From an uncultured Candidatus Pelagibacter sp. (GTDB lineage Bacteria; Pseudomonadota; Alphaproteobacteria; Pelagibacterales; Pelagibacteraceae): 64,000 nucleotides of DNA. Under the pieces are notes generated by a model. That model was given only the letters and a program-made list of their open reading frames with translations, was not told the DNA's origin and did not search any database. This document shows, piece after piece, positions 9,881-22,026 of the stretch; position 1 is the first letter of the stretch; every line of letters begins with the position of its first letter. Position numbers and translations under genes: made by a program. The stretch spans positions 129,845 through 193,844 of the forward strand of contig CALSSS010000002.1 of assembly GCA_943789075.1 (NCBI GenBank). Reading direction: 5' to 3'.

Positions 9881-11256
9881 TTTAATTTGTCCTTAATGTA
9901 TTGTTTGGTTTTACTTACGTTATTAGGAACTATATCGTAATACTCTTTTTTATCCATAATATATTGTAATTCACTGGGTAGGCTTGGCTTTATTGAAATT
10001 GATTTATCTATAGCATCTGGAAATTTGCAAGGATGTGCCGTTGCTAAAACAATATTATCTCCCTCTATATTTATTTTATTTAAAGCGCCAAGACCTATCG
10101 CTGTATGAGGATCTAATATTACTTTATATTTATTATAGATATTTCTTATCGTTTCTATTACTTCCTCTTCATTCATACTTTCAGAGAGAAAATCCTTTCT
10201 AATTTTTTCTAATCTATTTTTTGCAAAGATATACTTTCCTTCATCTTTTATCTTTATCATTACATCTTTAGTTTCTATGTCATCAAAATCATTCAAATCA
10301 TAAATTAATCTTTCAAAATTACTGGCAACTTGAATATCCATACTTGGTGAATTAGTTTCGAAAACTGTTTCAACCTCATATTTTCCAGTTGATATTGCTC
10401 TATGTAAAATATCGTTTTTATTCGTTGCAACTATTAATTTATTTATTGGAAGACCCATCTTTTTTGATAAGTAGCCAGCATATACATCACCAAAATTTCC
10501 TGTGGGAACTGAAAAATTAATTGATTTTTTATCTTTAATTAAGAAGTAAGTATAAAAATAATAAACAGCTTGGGCAATTATTCTTGCCCAATTTATAGAA
10601 TTAACTCCCGACATATTAATCGAGTTTGAAAAATCCTTATCTGCAAACATCGCTTTAACTAAATTTTGACAATCATCAAAGTTTCCTTCTATGGCAATAT
10701 TAAAGACGTTATTCTCTTTAACAGTGGACATTATTTTTCTTTGAACGGGTGAAACTTTATTATGAGGGTGAAGGACAAATATATTTACATTTTTTTTACC
10801 CTTAATTGCATCTATGGCCGCAGCACCAGTATCTCCTGATGTTGCAACAATAATATTTATATTTTTACTATTTTTGCTTAAATAAAATTCATAAAAATTT
10901 CCAAGCAACTGCATTGCAACATCTTTAAAAGCAAGTGTTGGACCATGAAATAGCTCTAAAACTTTTGTGTCACCAAGTTTTATTAAATCAACAACATTTT
11001 TTTTTCGAAAAGTTGAATATGATTTATCTATGATCAAAGACAACTCAGACTCAGACATAAAATCACCTATAAAGGGATAGATAATCTTTTTAGCTAAATC
11101 CTGGTAGCTCAATTCACTTAATGAATTTAATTCTTCTTGAGTATATTTTTTAATCTCCTTTGGAATAAATAGTCCACCATCGTCAGCTAATCCTTTTATA
11201 AATACTTCTTCAAAACTATGCTCTTTTGAATTATTTCTAGTGCTTATATACTTCAT
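9877..11256 (-). CDS. thrC: Threonine synthase
   Basis: MKYISTR, ELFHGPTLAFKD PLP lysine, ATSGDTG, NSINWAR. Confidence 0.97.
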   Translation of the reverse strand: MKYISTRNNSKEHSFEEVFIKGLADDGGLFIPKEIKKYTQEELNSLSELSYQDLAKKIIYPFIGDFMSESELSLIIDKSYSTFRKKNVVDLIKLGDTKVLELFHGPTLAFKDVAMQLLGNFYEFYLSKNSKNINIIVATSGDTGAAAIDAIKGKKNVNIFVLHPHNKVSPVQRKIMSTVKENNVFNIAIEGNFDDCQNLVKAMFADKDFSNSINMSGVNSINWARIIAQAVYYFYTYFLIKDKKSINFSVPTGNFGDVYAGYLSKKMGLPINKLIVATNKNDILHRAISTGKYEVETVFETNSPSMDIQVASNFERLIYDLNDFDDIETKDVMIKIKDEGKYIFAKNRLEKIRKDFLSESMNEEEVIETIRNIYNKYKVILDPHTAIGLGALNKINIEGDNIVLATAHPCKFPDAIDKSISIKPSLPSELQYIMDKKEYYDIVPNNVSKTKQYIKDKLK

Positions 11257-11910
11257 CTAATAATTTTTTTTTCTTAAATATAAATATATTAAAAGAATCG
11301 AAATCGCTAATGAAAACCAAGTTAGTGCATATTTTTTATGATTATTTGAAATGTTTGCAGTAATTGATTTTGTTTTAGGAAGATCATTTTGTCCAGAAAG
11401 ATAAATTATATAAGGAGAAAAATTTTTCCCAGTATATTTAAAAACATCCTCTCTGTTTAAAGTAAACCAATAATTATTTGGGATGTCATTTTCTGGCTTG
11501 AACATATTAGACTTTGTTTGCTTTTTTAAAATTCCATTAATATTACTAGAGTCTATAAGATTTATTGTTTGATCATTTTTTTTATCAAAAGGTATCCACC
11601 CTCTATTTAGTAAATAGTTTCTATTCTCAACTGTTAATGGACTAATAACTTCAAATCCTGGTTTGCCTTTTTCATCTAAATTATAAAGATAGATTTGTTT
11701 TTCAAAATCAATCAAACCACTAGTTTTAACTCTAAGATAGTTTGTGTGTTTACTACTTGATAAATCAACCGGAGTATCCTTAAGGGATGTTTCTATTTGA
11801 TTAATTAATTCTAACTTCCAATTAAGTCTAACAATTTGCCAACTTCCTAAAGCTACAAATACAGATATGAAGAAAAAAACAAAAATAGAAAATAAAAATT
11901 TATATCTCAA
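11257..11910 (-). CDS. surf1: SURF1 family cytochrome oxidase biogenesis protein
   Basis: LGSWQIVRLNWK, LNRGWIP, NNHKKYALTWFSLA. Confidence 0.93.
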   Translation of the reverse strand: MRYKFLFSIFVFFFISVFVALGSWQIVRLNWKLELINQIETSLKDTPVDLSSSKHTNYLRVKTSGLIDFEKQIYLYNLDEKGKPGFEVISPLTVENRNYLLNRGWIPFDKKNDQTINLIDSSNINGILKKQTKSNMFKPENDIPNNYWFTLNREDVFKYTGKNFSPYIIYLSGQNDLPKTKSITANISNNHKKYALTWFSLAISILLIYLYLRKKNY

Positions 11911-11920
11911 AGGCTAGAAA

Positions 11921-12709
11921 CTAACTTCCCCAAACATAAATAGCTGCAAATAAAAACAACCAAACAACATCAACAAAGTGCCAATACCATGCAGCTGCTT
12001 CAAACCCAAAATGATGGTCTTTATTAAAATGACCTAATTTACCTCTCCAAAGGCATACAGCTAAAAATATAGTTCCTATGATGACATGAAATCCATGAAA
12101 TCCAGTTGCCATATAAAATACTGATCCATAAATGTGTCCTGAAAAATTAAAGGCTGCATGACTATACTCATATGCTTGAAGTAACGTGAAGCTAAACCCT
12201 AAGATAACTGTAAAAATTAATCCTTGAATAAAACCTTTTCTATCACCTTCAATCAATGAATGATGTGACCAAGTTACTGTTGTTCCAGATAATAGTAGAA
12301 TAAGTGTATTAATTAATGGAAGATCCCAAGCATCAAGTGTTTCTATATCTTGAGGTGGCCAAACACTTCCTACAAATTCATTGGGGAATAAACTTATATC
12401 AAAATAAGCCCAAAACCATGCAACAAAAAACATTACTTCAGACGCTATGAATAGTGTCATTCCATATCTATGGTGAATTTGTACAACTGGAGTATGATGA
12501 CCTTGATGTTCTGCCTCGATAACAACATCTCTAAACCACATGTATGCTCCATATAAAAGTAAAGCTAAACCAAGGTACATTCCCCAAGATACTTCGTTGT
12601 GTAAATAATAAACCGAACCTATGGCTAGAACTAAACAAGAGAAAGATACATAAATAGGCCAAGGGCTTGGATCTACTAAATGATAATCATGTTTTTTTTC
12701 TGCAGACAT
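11921..12709 (-). CDS. ctaE: Cytochrome c oxidase subunit III
   Basis: HDYHLVDPSPWP, ATGFHGFHV, AAWYWHFVDVVW. Confidence 0.97.
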   Translation of the reverse strand: MSAEKKHDYHLVDPSPWPIYVSFSCLVLAIGSVYYLHNEVSWGMYLGLALLLYGAYMWFRDVVIEAEHQGHHTPVVQIHHRYGMTLFIASEVMFFVAWFWAYFDISLFPNEFVGSVWPPQDIETLDAWDLPLINTLILLLSGTTVTWSHHSLIEGDRKGFIQGLIFTVILGFSFTLLQAYEYSHAAFNFSGHIYGSVFYMATGFHGFHVIIGTIFLAVCLWRGKLGHFNKDHHFGFEAAAWYWHFVDVVWLFLFAAIYVWGS

Positions 12710-12712
12710 ATT

Positions 12713-13249
12713 TTATATTTGAGGCTGTTTATAGTAATCTGATGAGAAAAAAGTATAGGACATAGTTACATCTTTAATATTTTTAGTACCAGGATCATTT
12801 ACCATTTCTGGATCCAAATAAAAAGTCATTATGTATATAGCCTTTTCCCCTGGTTTTAACTCTTGTTTTTCAAAGCAAAAACAGCCTAATTTACTATAAT
12901 ACTTCCCAAATGTTGATGGTGAAACATTAAAGCTTGCAACACCATAGGTTGTCTCATTTCCATAGTTCTCAACTTCAAATTCTATACTATTTACTTGACC
13001 AATTTTTACATCCATAACATTTGTCTTGGCTTTAAAGTTCCACGGAAGTTTATTAACATTGGTATCAAATCTAACACTTACTTTTTGATCTAAAACTAAC
13101 TCAGGGGCCTGTCTTGATACCTGGGTGGTACCACCAAAGCCTGTTACTTTACAAAATAAATCATACAAAGGAACTGCAGCAAAAGATAATCCTAACATTA
13201 GAAAAAATATTCCTGCTAATAGAATTGGTGTAAGTGTTTTATTTTGCAT
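12713..13249 (-). CDS. ctaG: Cytochrome c oxidase assembly protein CtaG/Cox11
   Basis: VPLYDLFCKVTGFGG, CFCF copper motif. Confidence 0.96.
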   Translation of the reverse strand: MQNKTLTPILLAGIFFLMLGLSFAAVPLYDLFCKVTGFGGTTQVSRQAPELVLDQKVSVRFDTNVNKLPWNFKAKTNVMDVKIGQVNSIEFEVENYGNETTYGVASFNVSPSTFGKYYSKLGCFCFEKQELKPGEKAIYIMTFYLDPEMVNDPGTKNIKDVTMSYTFFSSDYYKQPQI

Positions 13250-13374
13250 TATATTTGTCTATCAAAAACACCCGTATTATAGAGAGTAAAAAAAAATAAA
13301 AAAATCATAAATGCTAATATTGCAACTGCTGTTAAAATATTTTTTCGCTTAGTTTTTTTATCAGGCACCATCAT
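13249..13374 (-). CDS. Small single-TM protein (41 aa), CoxF-like; not in the supplied ORF track
   Basis: Translated by hand: MMVPDKKTKRKNILTAVAILAFMIFLFFFTLYNTGVFDRQI; start overlaps cyoE stop (ATGA), stop overlaps ctaG start (TAATG). Confidence 0.75.
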   Translation of the reverse strand: MMVPDKKTKRKNILTAVAILAFMIFLFFFTLYNTGVFDRQI

Positions 13375-14282
13375 AATATTTTATCTATTAAAAAAATAAC
13401 GAATATCAAAAATAAATATAAAATTGAGTATCCAAATATTGTTTTAGCTTTCTTGGGGTTAAATTTATTTTTTTTGAATTTATAAAGTTGAAAACATAAA
13501 AGATTGTAATAAAGCGTTAAAGCTAAAGCAGGTATTAAAAATATTAGTCCAACAAAATCAATTGCATATGGTAAAACAACCATTGGCAACATTAACAGTG
13601 AATAAACAAGAATATTTATTTTTGTAGCCTCAATACCATTAGTTAATGGTAACATTGGTATTTTAGCTTTTTTATAATCATCTGACTTATAAAGACTTAA
13701 TGCCCAAAAATGTGATGGTGTCCAAAAAAATATAATTAAAAAGAAAGTTAATGCTTCTAAAGAAAGTGAATTGGTTGCAATAGTCCAGCCTATTACTGGA
13801 GGTAAAGCTCCTGCTGCTCCTCCTATAACAATATTTTGTGGAGTTTTTCTTTTTAACCAAATTGTATAAATGAAAACATAAAATAAAATTGTAAAAAGTA
13901 GTAGAGCTGCTGATAGAGTATTTGCATAATAGTCTAGTGCAACTACAGAAAAAAATGATAGCAAAATTCCAAAAATTAAAGCTTGTTTTTTATTTACTTT
14001 ACCCATTGGAATTGGTCTTAAACAAGTTCGAGTCATTAACGCATCAAGGTCAGATTCGTACCACATATTTAATGCACCAGCTGCTCCTGCCCCAACTGAA
14101 ACAATGAAAATTGCAATCATTGCGTCTAGAGTTGGTACTGTAACAGGCGCCATTAAAAGTCCAACAGCACAAGTAAAAATGACCAAAGACATAACTCTTG
14201 GTTTCATTAATTTAAGTAATTCAGAAAAACTAAAAATTTCTGCTTGTCTTAAATTTCTATTTTTTAATTTAGAATTAATCAT
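13371..14282 (-). CDS. cyoE: Protoheme IX farnesyltransferase (heme o synthase, CtaB/CyoE)
   Basis: KPRVMSL, DALMTRTCLRPIP, NIVIGGAAGALPP, WTPSHFWAL. Confidence 0.96.
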   Translation of the reverse strand: MINSKLKNRNLRQAEIFSFSELLKLMKPRVMSLVIFTCAVGLLMAPVTVPTLDAMIAIFIVSVGAGAAGALNMWYESDLDALMTRTCLRPIPMGKVNKKQALIFGILLSFFSVVALDYYANTLSAALLLFTILFYVFIYTIWLKRKTPQNIVIGGAAGALPPVIGWTIATNSLSLEALTFFLIIFFWTPSHFWALSLYKSDDYKKAKIPMLPLTNGIEATKINILVYSLLMLPMVVLPYAIDFVGLIFLIPALALTLYYNLLCFQLYKFKKNKFNPKKAKTIFGYSILYLFLIFVIFLIDKIL

Positions 14283-14308
14283 TAATATTTATAAAAATTA
14301 TAGTTTTA

Positions 14309-16761
<2,453 letters not shown>

Positions 16762-16822
16762 TTGTTACACACTATATAAAGTGTCTTTTAAAAAATTACA
16801 CTTTAGTTTTCGCGACAAAATA

Positions 16823-17524
16823 TCAATTAATTGCATAATTAACAATTGATAACGCTGAAATTACAGCAGTTTCTGACCTAAGTATATTGTCATTTATCTT
16901 AATTGGCTGAACCCCATCAAAACCAAGAATCTCCTTCCTTTCCTCTTCAGAAAAATCTCCTTCTGGACCAATAATTACACACGTTGGATTATGAGTTAAT
17001 TTATTTAATCTTAATTTTTTATTTTCAGAGTTTAAATCTGTAAATATTAAATCCATTTTTTTTTCCTTTAAAAAATTTTGCAAAGATTGAGGATCTTCAA
17101 CAAAAGGGACGTTAATACGATTAGATTGTTCAGCAGCTTCTATGATTATCTTTTCTAATCTATCTTTGTTAATTTTTCTTACAATTGTTCTGTCAAATAT
17201 TATTGGAAGAAATTTTGTGACACCAAGTTCTGTTGCTTTTTGAATCATAAAATTAAAATAGTTTGATTTGATGGGTGAAAAAGCTAACCATAATTCATTT
17301 AAAGTCTCTTTTTGTCTTAATTGTTTCGTTATATTAAATTCAACTATACTTTTTGAAATAGTTAAAATTTTTGCTTCCCACTCTCCATTGCTATTAAATA
17401 ATGAAAAAATTTCACCAACTTCAATCCTCATAACTTTGTTTACGTAGTGAGATTGTGATTTATTAAGTTTAGCGGTTAAATTAAGTGATAAACTTTCTTT
17501 AAAAAATAATCTAATATTACTCAT
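16823..17524 (-). CDS. rsmE: 16S rRNA m3U1498 methyltransferase
   Basis: QKATELGV, EAAEQS, IGPEGDF, ILRSETA. Confidence 0.95.
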   Translation of the reverse strand: MSNIRLFFKESLSLNLTAKLNKSQSHYVNKVMRIEVGEIFSLFNSNGEWEAKILTISKSIVEFNITKQLRQKETLNELWLAFSPIKSNYFNFMIQKATELGVTKFLPIIFDRTIVRKINKDRLEKIIIEAAEQSNRINVPFVEDPQSLQNFLKEKKMDLIFTDLNSENKKLRLNKLTHNPTCVIIGPEGDFSEEERKEILGFDGVQPIKINDNILRSETAVISALSIVNYAIN

Positions 17525-17541
17525 TAATATTAAGTTAAATT

Positions 17542-18204
17542 ATGAAAAATATTAAAGCAATAATTTTTGATGCATATGGCACTTTATTTGATGTCAATTC
17601 AGCTGCAGAAAAATGTAAAGATAAAATTGGTGATAAATGGGAAGGCTTTGCTAATTATTGGCGAACTACTCAACTTGAATACACTTGGCTTAGAAGTCTA
17701 ATGAATAGACATAAGGACTTTTGGCAAGTAACCGAAGATAGTTTGGATAAATCTATGAAGGCTTACGAAATAGATTCATCAATGAGAAATGAATTATTAA
17801 ATCTTTATAAGGTTCTCTCACCTTTTCCTGAGGTACCTGAGGTTTTAAAAAGATTAAAAGAAAAAAATTATAAATTAGGTATTCTTTCAAATGGAACACC
17901 CTCTCTTCTTAATGAATTAGTTAAGAGTAATAATCTAGATAATATATTTGATGATATTTTTTCAATTGAAGAAGTTGGAATTTATAAACCAGACGCAAAA
18001 GTTTATGACTTGCCAATTAAAAAATACAAAATACAAAAAGAAGAAGTTGCATTTTTAAGTGCTAACACTTGGGATGTTTCTGGTGGTGGGAATTATGGTT
18101 ACAGTTCTATTTGGGTAAATAGAAATAATAATATTTTTGATAATCTTGATTATAAACCTAAAGATGAAGTTAAAAACTTAAAACAATTACTTGATATTAT
18201 TTAA
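17542..18204 (+). CDS. Haloacid dehalogenase type II (L-2-haloacid dehalogenase-like)
   Basis: FDAYGTLFDV, WRTTQLEYTW, LSNG, YKP, SANTWDV. Confidence 0.88.
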   Translation: MKNIKAIIFDAYGTLFDVNSAAEKCKDKIGDKWEGFANYWRTTQLEYTWLRSLMNRHKDFWQVTEDSLDKSMKAYEIDSSMRNELLNLYKVLSPFPEVPEVLKRLKEKNYKLGILSNGTPSLLNELVKSNNLDNIFDDIFSIEEVGIYKPDAKVYDLPIKKYKIQKEEVAFLSANTWDVSGGGNYGYSSIWVNRNNNIFDNLDYKPKDEVKNLKQLLDII

Positions 18205-18556
18205 TTCTATTCTCTTCAAAATTCTTATTTAGTTTTACTGAAATAGTTCGAGTATTTTTTTTGTTCCATTCAGAAAAAGATTTTAAAATAGGCATAACTG
18301 AAAGACCAAATTCAGTAAGTGAATACTCAACATTTGGAGGCATTATTTGAATAACTTTTCTATTAATTATACCATCAGCCTCTAACTCTTTAAGCTGCTT
18401 AGATAACATTTGTTGTGTAATAGTTTTTAATGCTTTTTTAAACTCACCAAATCTCATTTTTTTTCTTTGTAGTAAACCAAACAAGATCCTAATTTTCCAT
18501 TTACCTCCAAGAAAGTAGACGGCTCTTTCAGCTGGACAATCTATTAAATTTTTCAT
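18197..18556 (-). CDS. HxlR/DUF24 family winged-helix transcriptional regulator
   Basis: CPAERAV...GGKWK, RFGEF, ITQQMLSKQLKELEADGII, PPNVEYSLTEFG. Confidence 0.93.
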   Translation of the reverse strand: MKNLIDCPAERAVYFLGGKWKIRILFGLLQRKKMRFGEFKKALKTITQQMLSKQLKELEADGIINRKVIQIMPPNVEYSLTEFGLSVMPILKSFSEWNKKNTRTISVKLNKNFEENRIK

Positions 18557-18650
18557 GGTATGATTTTATATACTGGTATGATTATATTGCCTTATTGCAT
18601 TATTCATAACAAAGTATTAAATACAGTTCAATCAAATTGAAAGGTTAATA

Positions 18651-18887
18651 ATGACAAAAGCACATAGAGCAGGAGATGCACCGATTGCAGTAGAAGTTGA
18701 AAAAGATAAATCTTATTATTGGTGTGCTTGTGGAAAAAGTTCAAAACAACCATTATGTGATGGTTCTCACAAAGGCTCTGAATTTACTCCTCTAGCTTAT
18801 AAAGCTGAAGAGACAAAAAAAGTTTTTTTTTGTACATGCAAAGCAACAAACAATCAGCCTCTTTGTGATGGCTCTCATAATAAGTAA
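18651..18887 (+). CDS. CDGSH iron-sulfur protein with two CDGSH motifs (MiNT/CISD3-like)
   Basis: CACGKSSKQPLCDGSH and CTCKATNNQPLCDGSH. Confidence 0.93.
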   Translation: MTKAHRAGDAPIAVEVEKDKSYYWCACGKSSKQPLCDGSHKGSEFTPLAYKAEETKKVFFCTCKATNNQPLCDGSHNK

Positions 18888-18895
18888 TTTAGAAA

Positions 18896-19736
18896 ATGGC
18901 AAATATTGAAGTTGAAAAGATAATAGAACCAGTTTCAGCATCAGATGGTGCTGGTGTTAAATTAAAAAGAAGTATTGGTACTCACCTTATTGATTACCAC
19001 GATCCTTTTTTAATGTTGGATGAGTTTGGTTCTGAAAATAAAGATGATTACATTGGAGGCTTCCCTCCCCACCCTCACAGAGGAATTGAAACAGTAACGT
19101 ATATGCTGGCTGGTGACTTTGAACATAAAGATAGCACAGGTGGCGAAGGAATAATGACTGCTGGAGATGTTCAGTGGATGAAAACTGGAAGTGGCATCAT
19201 TCATTCAGAAATGCCCGCAATGAAAGAAGGTAAGCTTCATGGATTTCAATTATGGGTAAACATGCCTGCTAAATTGAAAATGACTAAGCCTGAATATATT
19301 TATATTGATGCAGATAAAATGAGCACTCACAAAGATGATGATAAAACTGTCAAAGTGATTGCTGGAAAATTTCAAGATGCAGAAGGACCTGTTAAAGGTC
19401 ATAATGTTGAACCTGTTTATTTTGATGTAGATCTTAGAAAAAGGAAAAGAATTTAATTTTGATCTTCCCTCAACTCACAATTCATTAATATATTTAGTTG
19501 AAGGAGAAATTAAAGTTGGCAATCAAGAGCATGATGCCGTTAAAGATTCTACTTTAATTATTCTAACTAGAGGTGAAAAATTAAAAGTCTCTAGCTTAAC
19601 TAAAGCTAAGTTTTTATTGATATCTGGAAAACCAATTGGTGAGCCTATTGCTAGAGGGGGTCCATTTGTAATGAACACTAAAGCAGAGATCTTGCAAGCA
19701 GTTCAAGATTATCATAATGATACATTTGTAAAATAA
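18896..19736 (+). CDS. Pirin family protein (one frameshift near 19433, probably a sequence error)
   Basis: DPFLMLDEF, HPHRGIETVTY, GIIHSE; C-terminal domain continues in another frame (GKPIGEPIARGGPFVMNT) to TAA at 19734-19736. Confidence 0.9.
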
Positions 19737-20709
19737 TGAAAAAAATTCAAATAGAAAAATTTGGTGGCCCTGAAGTCTTAGAAGTTAAAGATATTGAAAT
19801 TGGTAAACCAGGCCAAAAGAAGTTTTGATAAAAAATTTATCAATTGGTCTTAACTATATTGATGTTTATCACCGAACAGGCTTGTACCCTATTCCTCTTC
19901 CAAGTGGAATTGGTCTTGAGGCATGTGGAGTAATTGAAGAAGTTGGTTCTGAAGTTGATCTATTTAAAGTTGGCGATAGAGTGGCTCACTCTTCAATGCC
20001 AATTGGAAGTTATTCAGAAAAACAATTATTTCCTCAAGAAAAATTAGTTTTAGTTCCAGAGGGTATCTCAGATGAAATTGCATCTTGTATTATGCTTAAA
20101 GGAATTACTGCTGAATATTTATTACACAGAGCTTATCCAATTAAAAAAGGTGACAAAGTATTATACCACGCAGCAGCTGGTGGTGTTGGCCAAATATTAT
20201 GTCAGTGGGCTAATGCATTAGGAGCTGAAGTTATTGGAACTGTTGGCTCTAAAGAAAAAGAGGCTATTGCTAAAAAAAATGGATGTCATCATGTAATCAA
20301 TTATACAGATACAAACTTTGTTGAAGAGGTAGAAAAAATTGCAGGTAAAAATGGAGTTGATGTTGTCTATGATGGTGTTGGTATTAAAACATTTGATGGA
20401 TCAATTGAAACCTTAAAAGTTAGAGGCATGATGGTCGCTTTTGGTAATGCATCAGGTTACGTTGATACTATAGATGTTAAAAAACATATTAATGCAAAAG
20501 GATTATTTTTTACTCGTCCTTCAATTGCTCATTACACAATGACGAGAGAAGAATTGGTTGAGTCTGCTAAAAAAGTTTTTGATGCAATCTTATCTGGAAA
20601 ATTTAAAGTTGAAATTTCAAAAAAATATGCTCTTGATGATGCAAAAAAGGCTCATGAAGAATTAGAAGCAAGACTATTAACTGGCCCTGCAGTTATTATT
20701 CCTAATTAA
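19736..20709 (+). CDS. qor: NADPH:quinone oxidoreductase (zeta-crystallin type; frameshift near 19812)
   Basis: ATG at 19736 gives MKKIQIEKFGGPEVLEV; then GLNYIDVYHRTGLY, AAAGGVG, VYDGVG, FGNASG. Confidence 0.9.
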
Positions 20710-21119
20710 TCTAAATCAACATCCATATCAGACATATGCAATTTTAATGCATTTGTTGATACTTGAATTTCTCTCATAAAAACAATAATTGAAATCATCA
20801 TCGATAAACAGCATGACCCAAAGATTATTCTTGCAGCAAAAATCTCATTTAGGTAAAGAGCAAAAACAGTCAGCATATTAAATAAGAAACCAAATGCAGC
20901 AAACATAATAGTCCACTTTAAAAGAACAATTCTTCCATTTAAATTTATAAACTGTTTTTTCCACTCAGGAGGAATATGATTTTCATACACATGTTCATCA
21001 TGAAGCTGTCTAATAAGCTTACTCAAAGAGTGAAATCTGTTGCTATATACACTCATCAATAGAGGAATGGCTGGAAACATCAATGCTGTAACTGTGTAAT
21101 CTATATTCATACGAATCAA
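20706..21119 (-). CDS. DUF2721-like membrane protein
   Basis: ALMFPAIPLLMSVYSNRF..L...IR.LH pattern, three TM segments. Confidence 0.65.
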   Translation of the reverse strand: MIRMNIDYTVTALMFPAIPLLMSVYSNRFHSLSKLIRQLHDEHVYENHIPPEWKKQFINLNGRIVLLKWTIMFAAFGFLFNMLTVFALYLNEIFAARIIFGSCCLSMMISIIVFMREIQVSTNALKLHMSDMDVDLD

Positions 21120-21162
21120 TTTGATTATGAAACTAGCCTTTGTTATTTACAAGTAAAATATT

Positions 21163-22026
21163 ATGAAGCAATTAAATCTCTTTATCGAATTAACTAGATT
21201 AAAAAAGCCTATTGGCTTTATGCTATTATTTTGGCCTTGTGCATGGGGTTTAACACTTGCCTATGATTTTTCAAATTCACTCAATAATTATTTTTTTTAT
21301 TTATTTTTATTTTTTATGGGATCAGTTCTAATGCGTTCTGCAGGCTGCATTGTAAATGATATTTCTGATAAAGAATTTGATAAAAAAGTAGAGAGAACTA
21401 AAAATAGACCTATCGCTTCAGGTAATATCTCTGTTAAATTGGGATTGCTCTATACTATTATTTTATGTTCGATTGCTTTTTTAGTTTTAATTAATTTTAA
21501 TAATTTAACAATTATTCTAGCCCTTGGTTCTATGCCTTTAGCATTTACTTATCCATTGATGAAAAGGTTTACTTATTGGCCTCAACTATTTTTAGGAATA
21601 ACATTCAATTATGGTTTGGTTCTTGGATGGACAGCAATACAAGGGGAAATAAATGCTGTAGCTATTATCTTTTATTTTGGAGCCATATTTTGGACACTGG
21701 GATATGACACGATTTATGGGTTTCAAGATATTAAAGATGATGAAATTATAGGTGTAAAATCAACTTCAATAAAATTTAAAAAAAAACCAAAATTATTTTT
21801 AACAACATGTTATTTACTCTTTTTAATTTCTTTAATTTTAGTAAGTTTTATTATGAAGCTTAATTCAATGTCTTATTTTTTTATTCTTATCTCAGCTGCA
21901 CATTTATTTTTTTTTCAAATCTATAATTTTAATTATCAAGATCCAAAAACTTGTTTGAAAATTTTTAAAAGTAATAATTTTTTTGGTGCTATAGTTTTGT
22001 GTAATATTTTAATTGGAAAACTTTAA
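21163..22026 (+). CDS. ubiA: 4-hydroxybenzoate polyprenyltransferase
   Basis: RLKKPIG, GCIVNDISDKEFDKKVERTKNRP, YDTIYGFQD. Confidence 0.96.
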   Translation: MKQLNLFIELTRLKKPIGFMLLFWPCAWGLTLAYDFSNSLNNYFFYLFLFFMGSVLMRSAGCIVNDISDKEFDKKVERTKNRPIASGNISVKLGLLYTIILCSIAFLVLINFNNLTIILALGSMPLAFTYPLMKRFTYWPQLFLGITFNYGLVLGWTAIQGEINAVAIIFYFGAIFWTLGYDTIYGFQDIKDDEIIGVKSTSIKFKKKPKLFLTTCYLLFLISLILVSFIMKLNSMSYFFILISAAHLFFFQIYNFNYQDPKTCLKIFKSNNFFGAIVLCNILIGKL

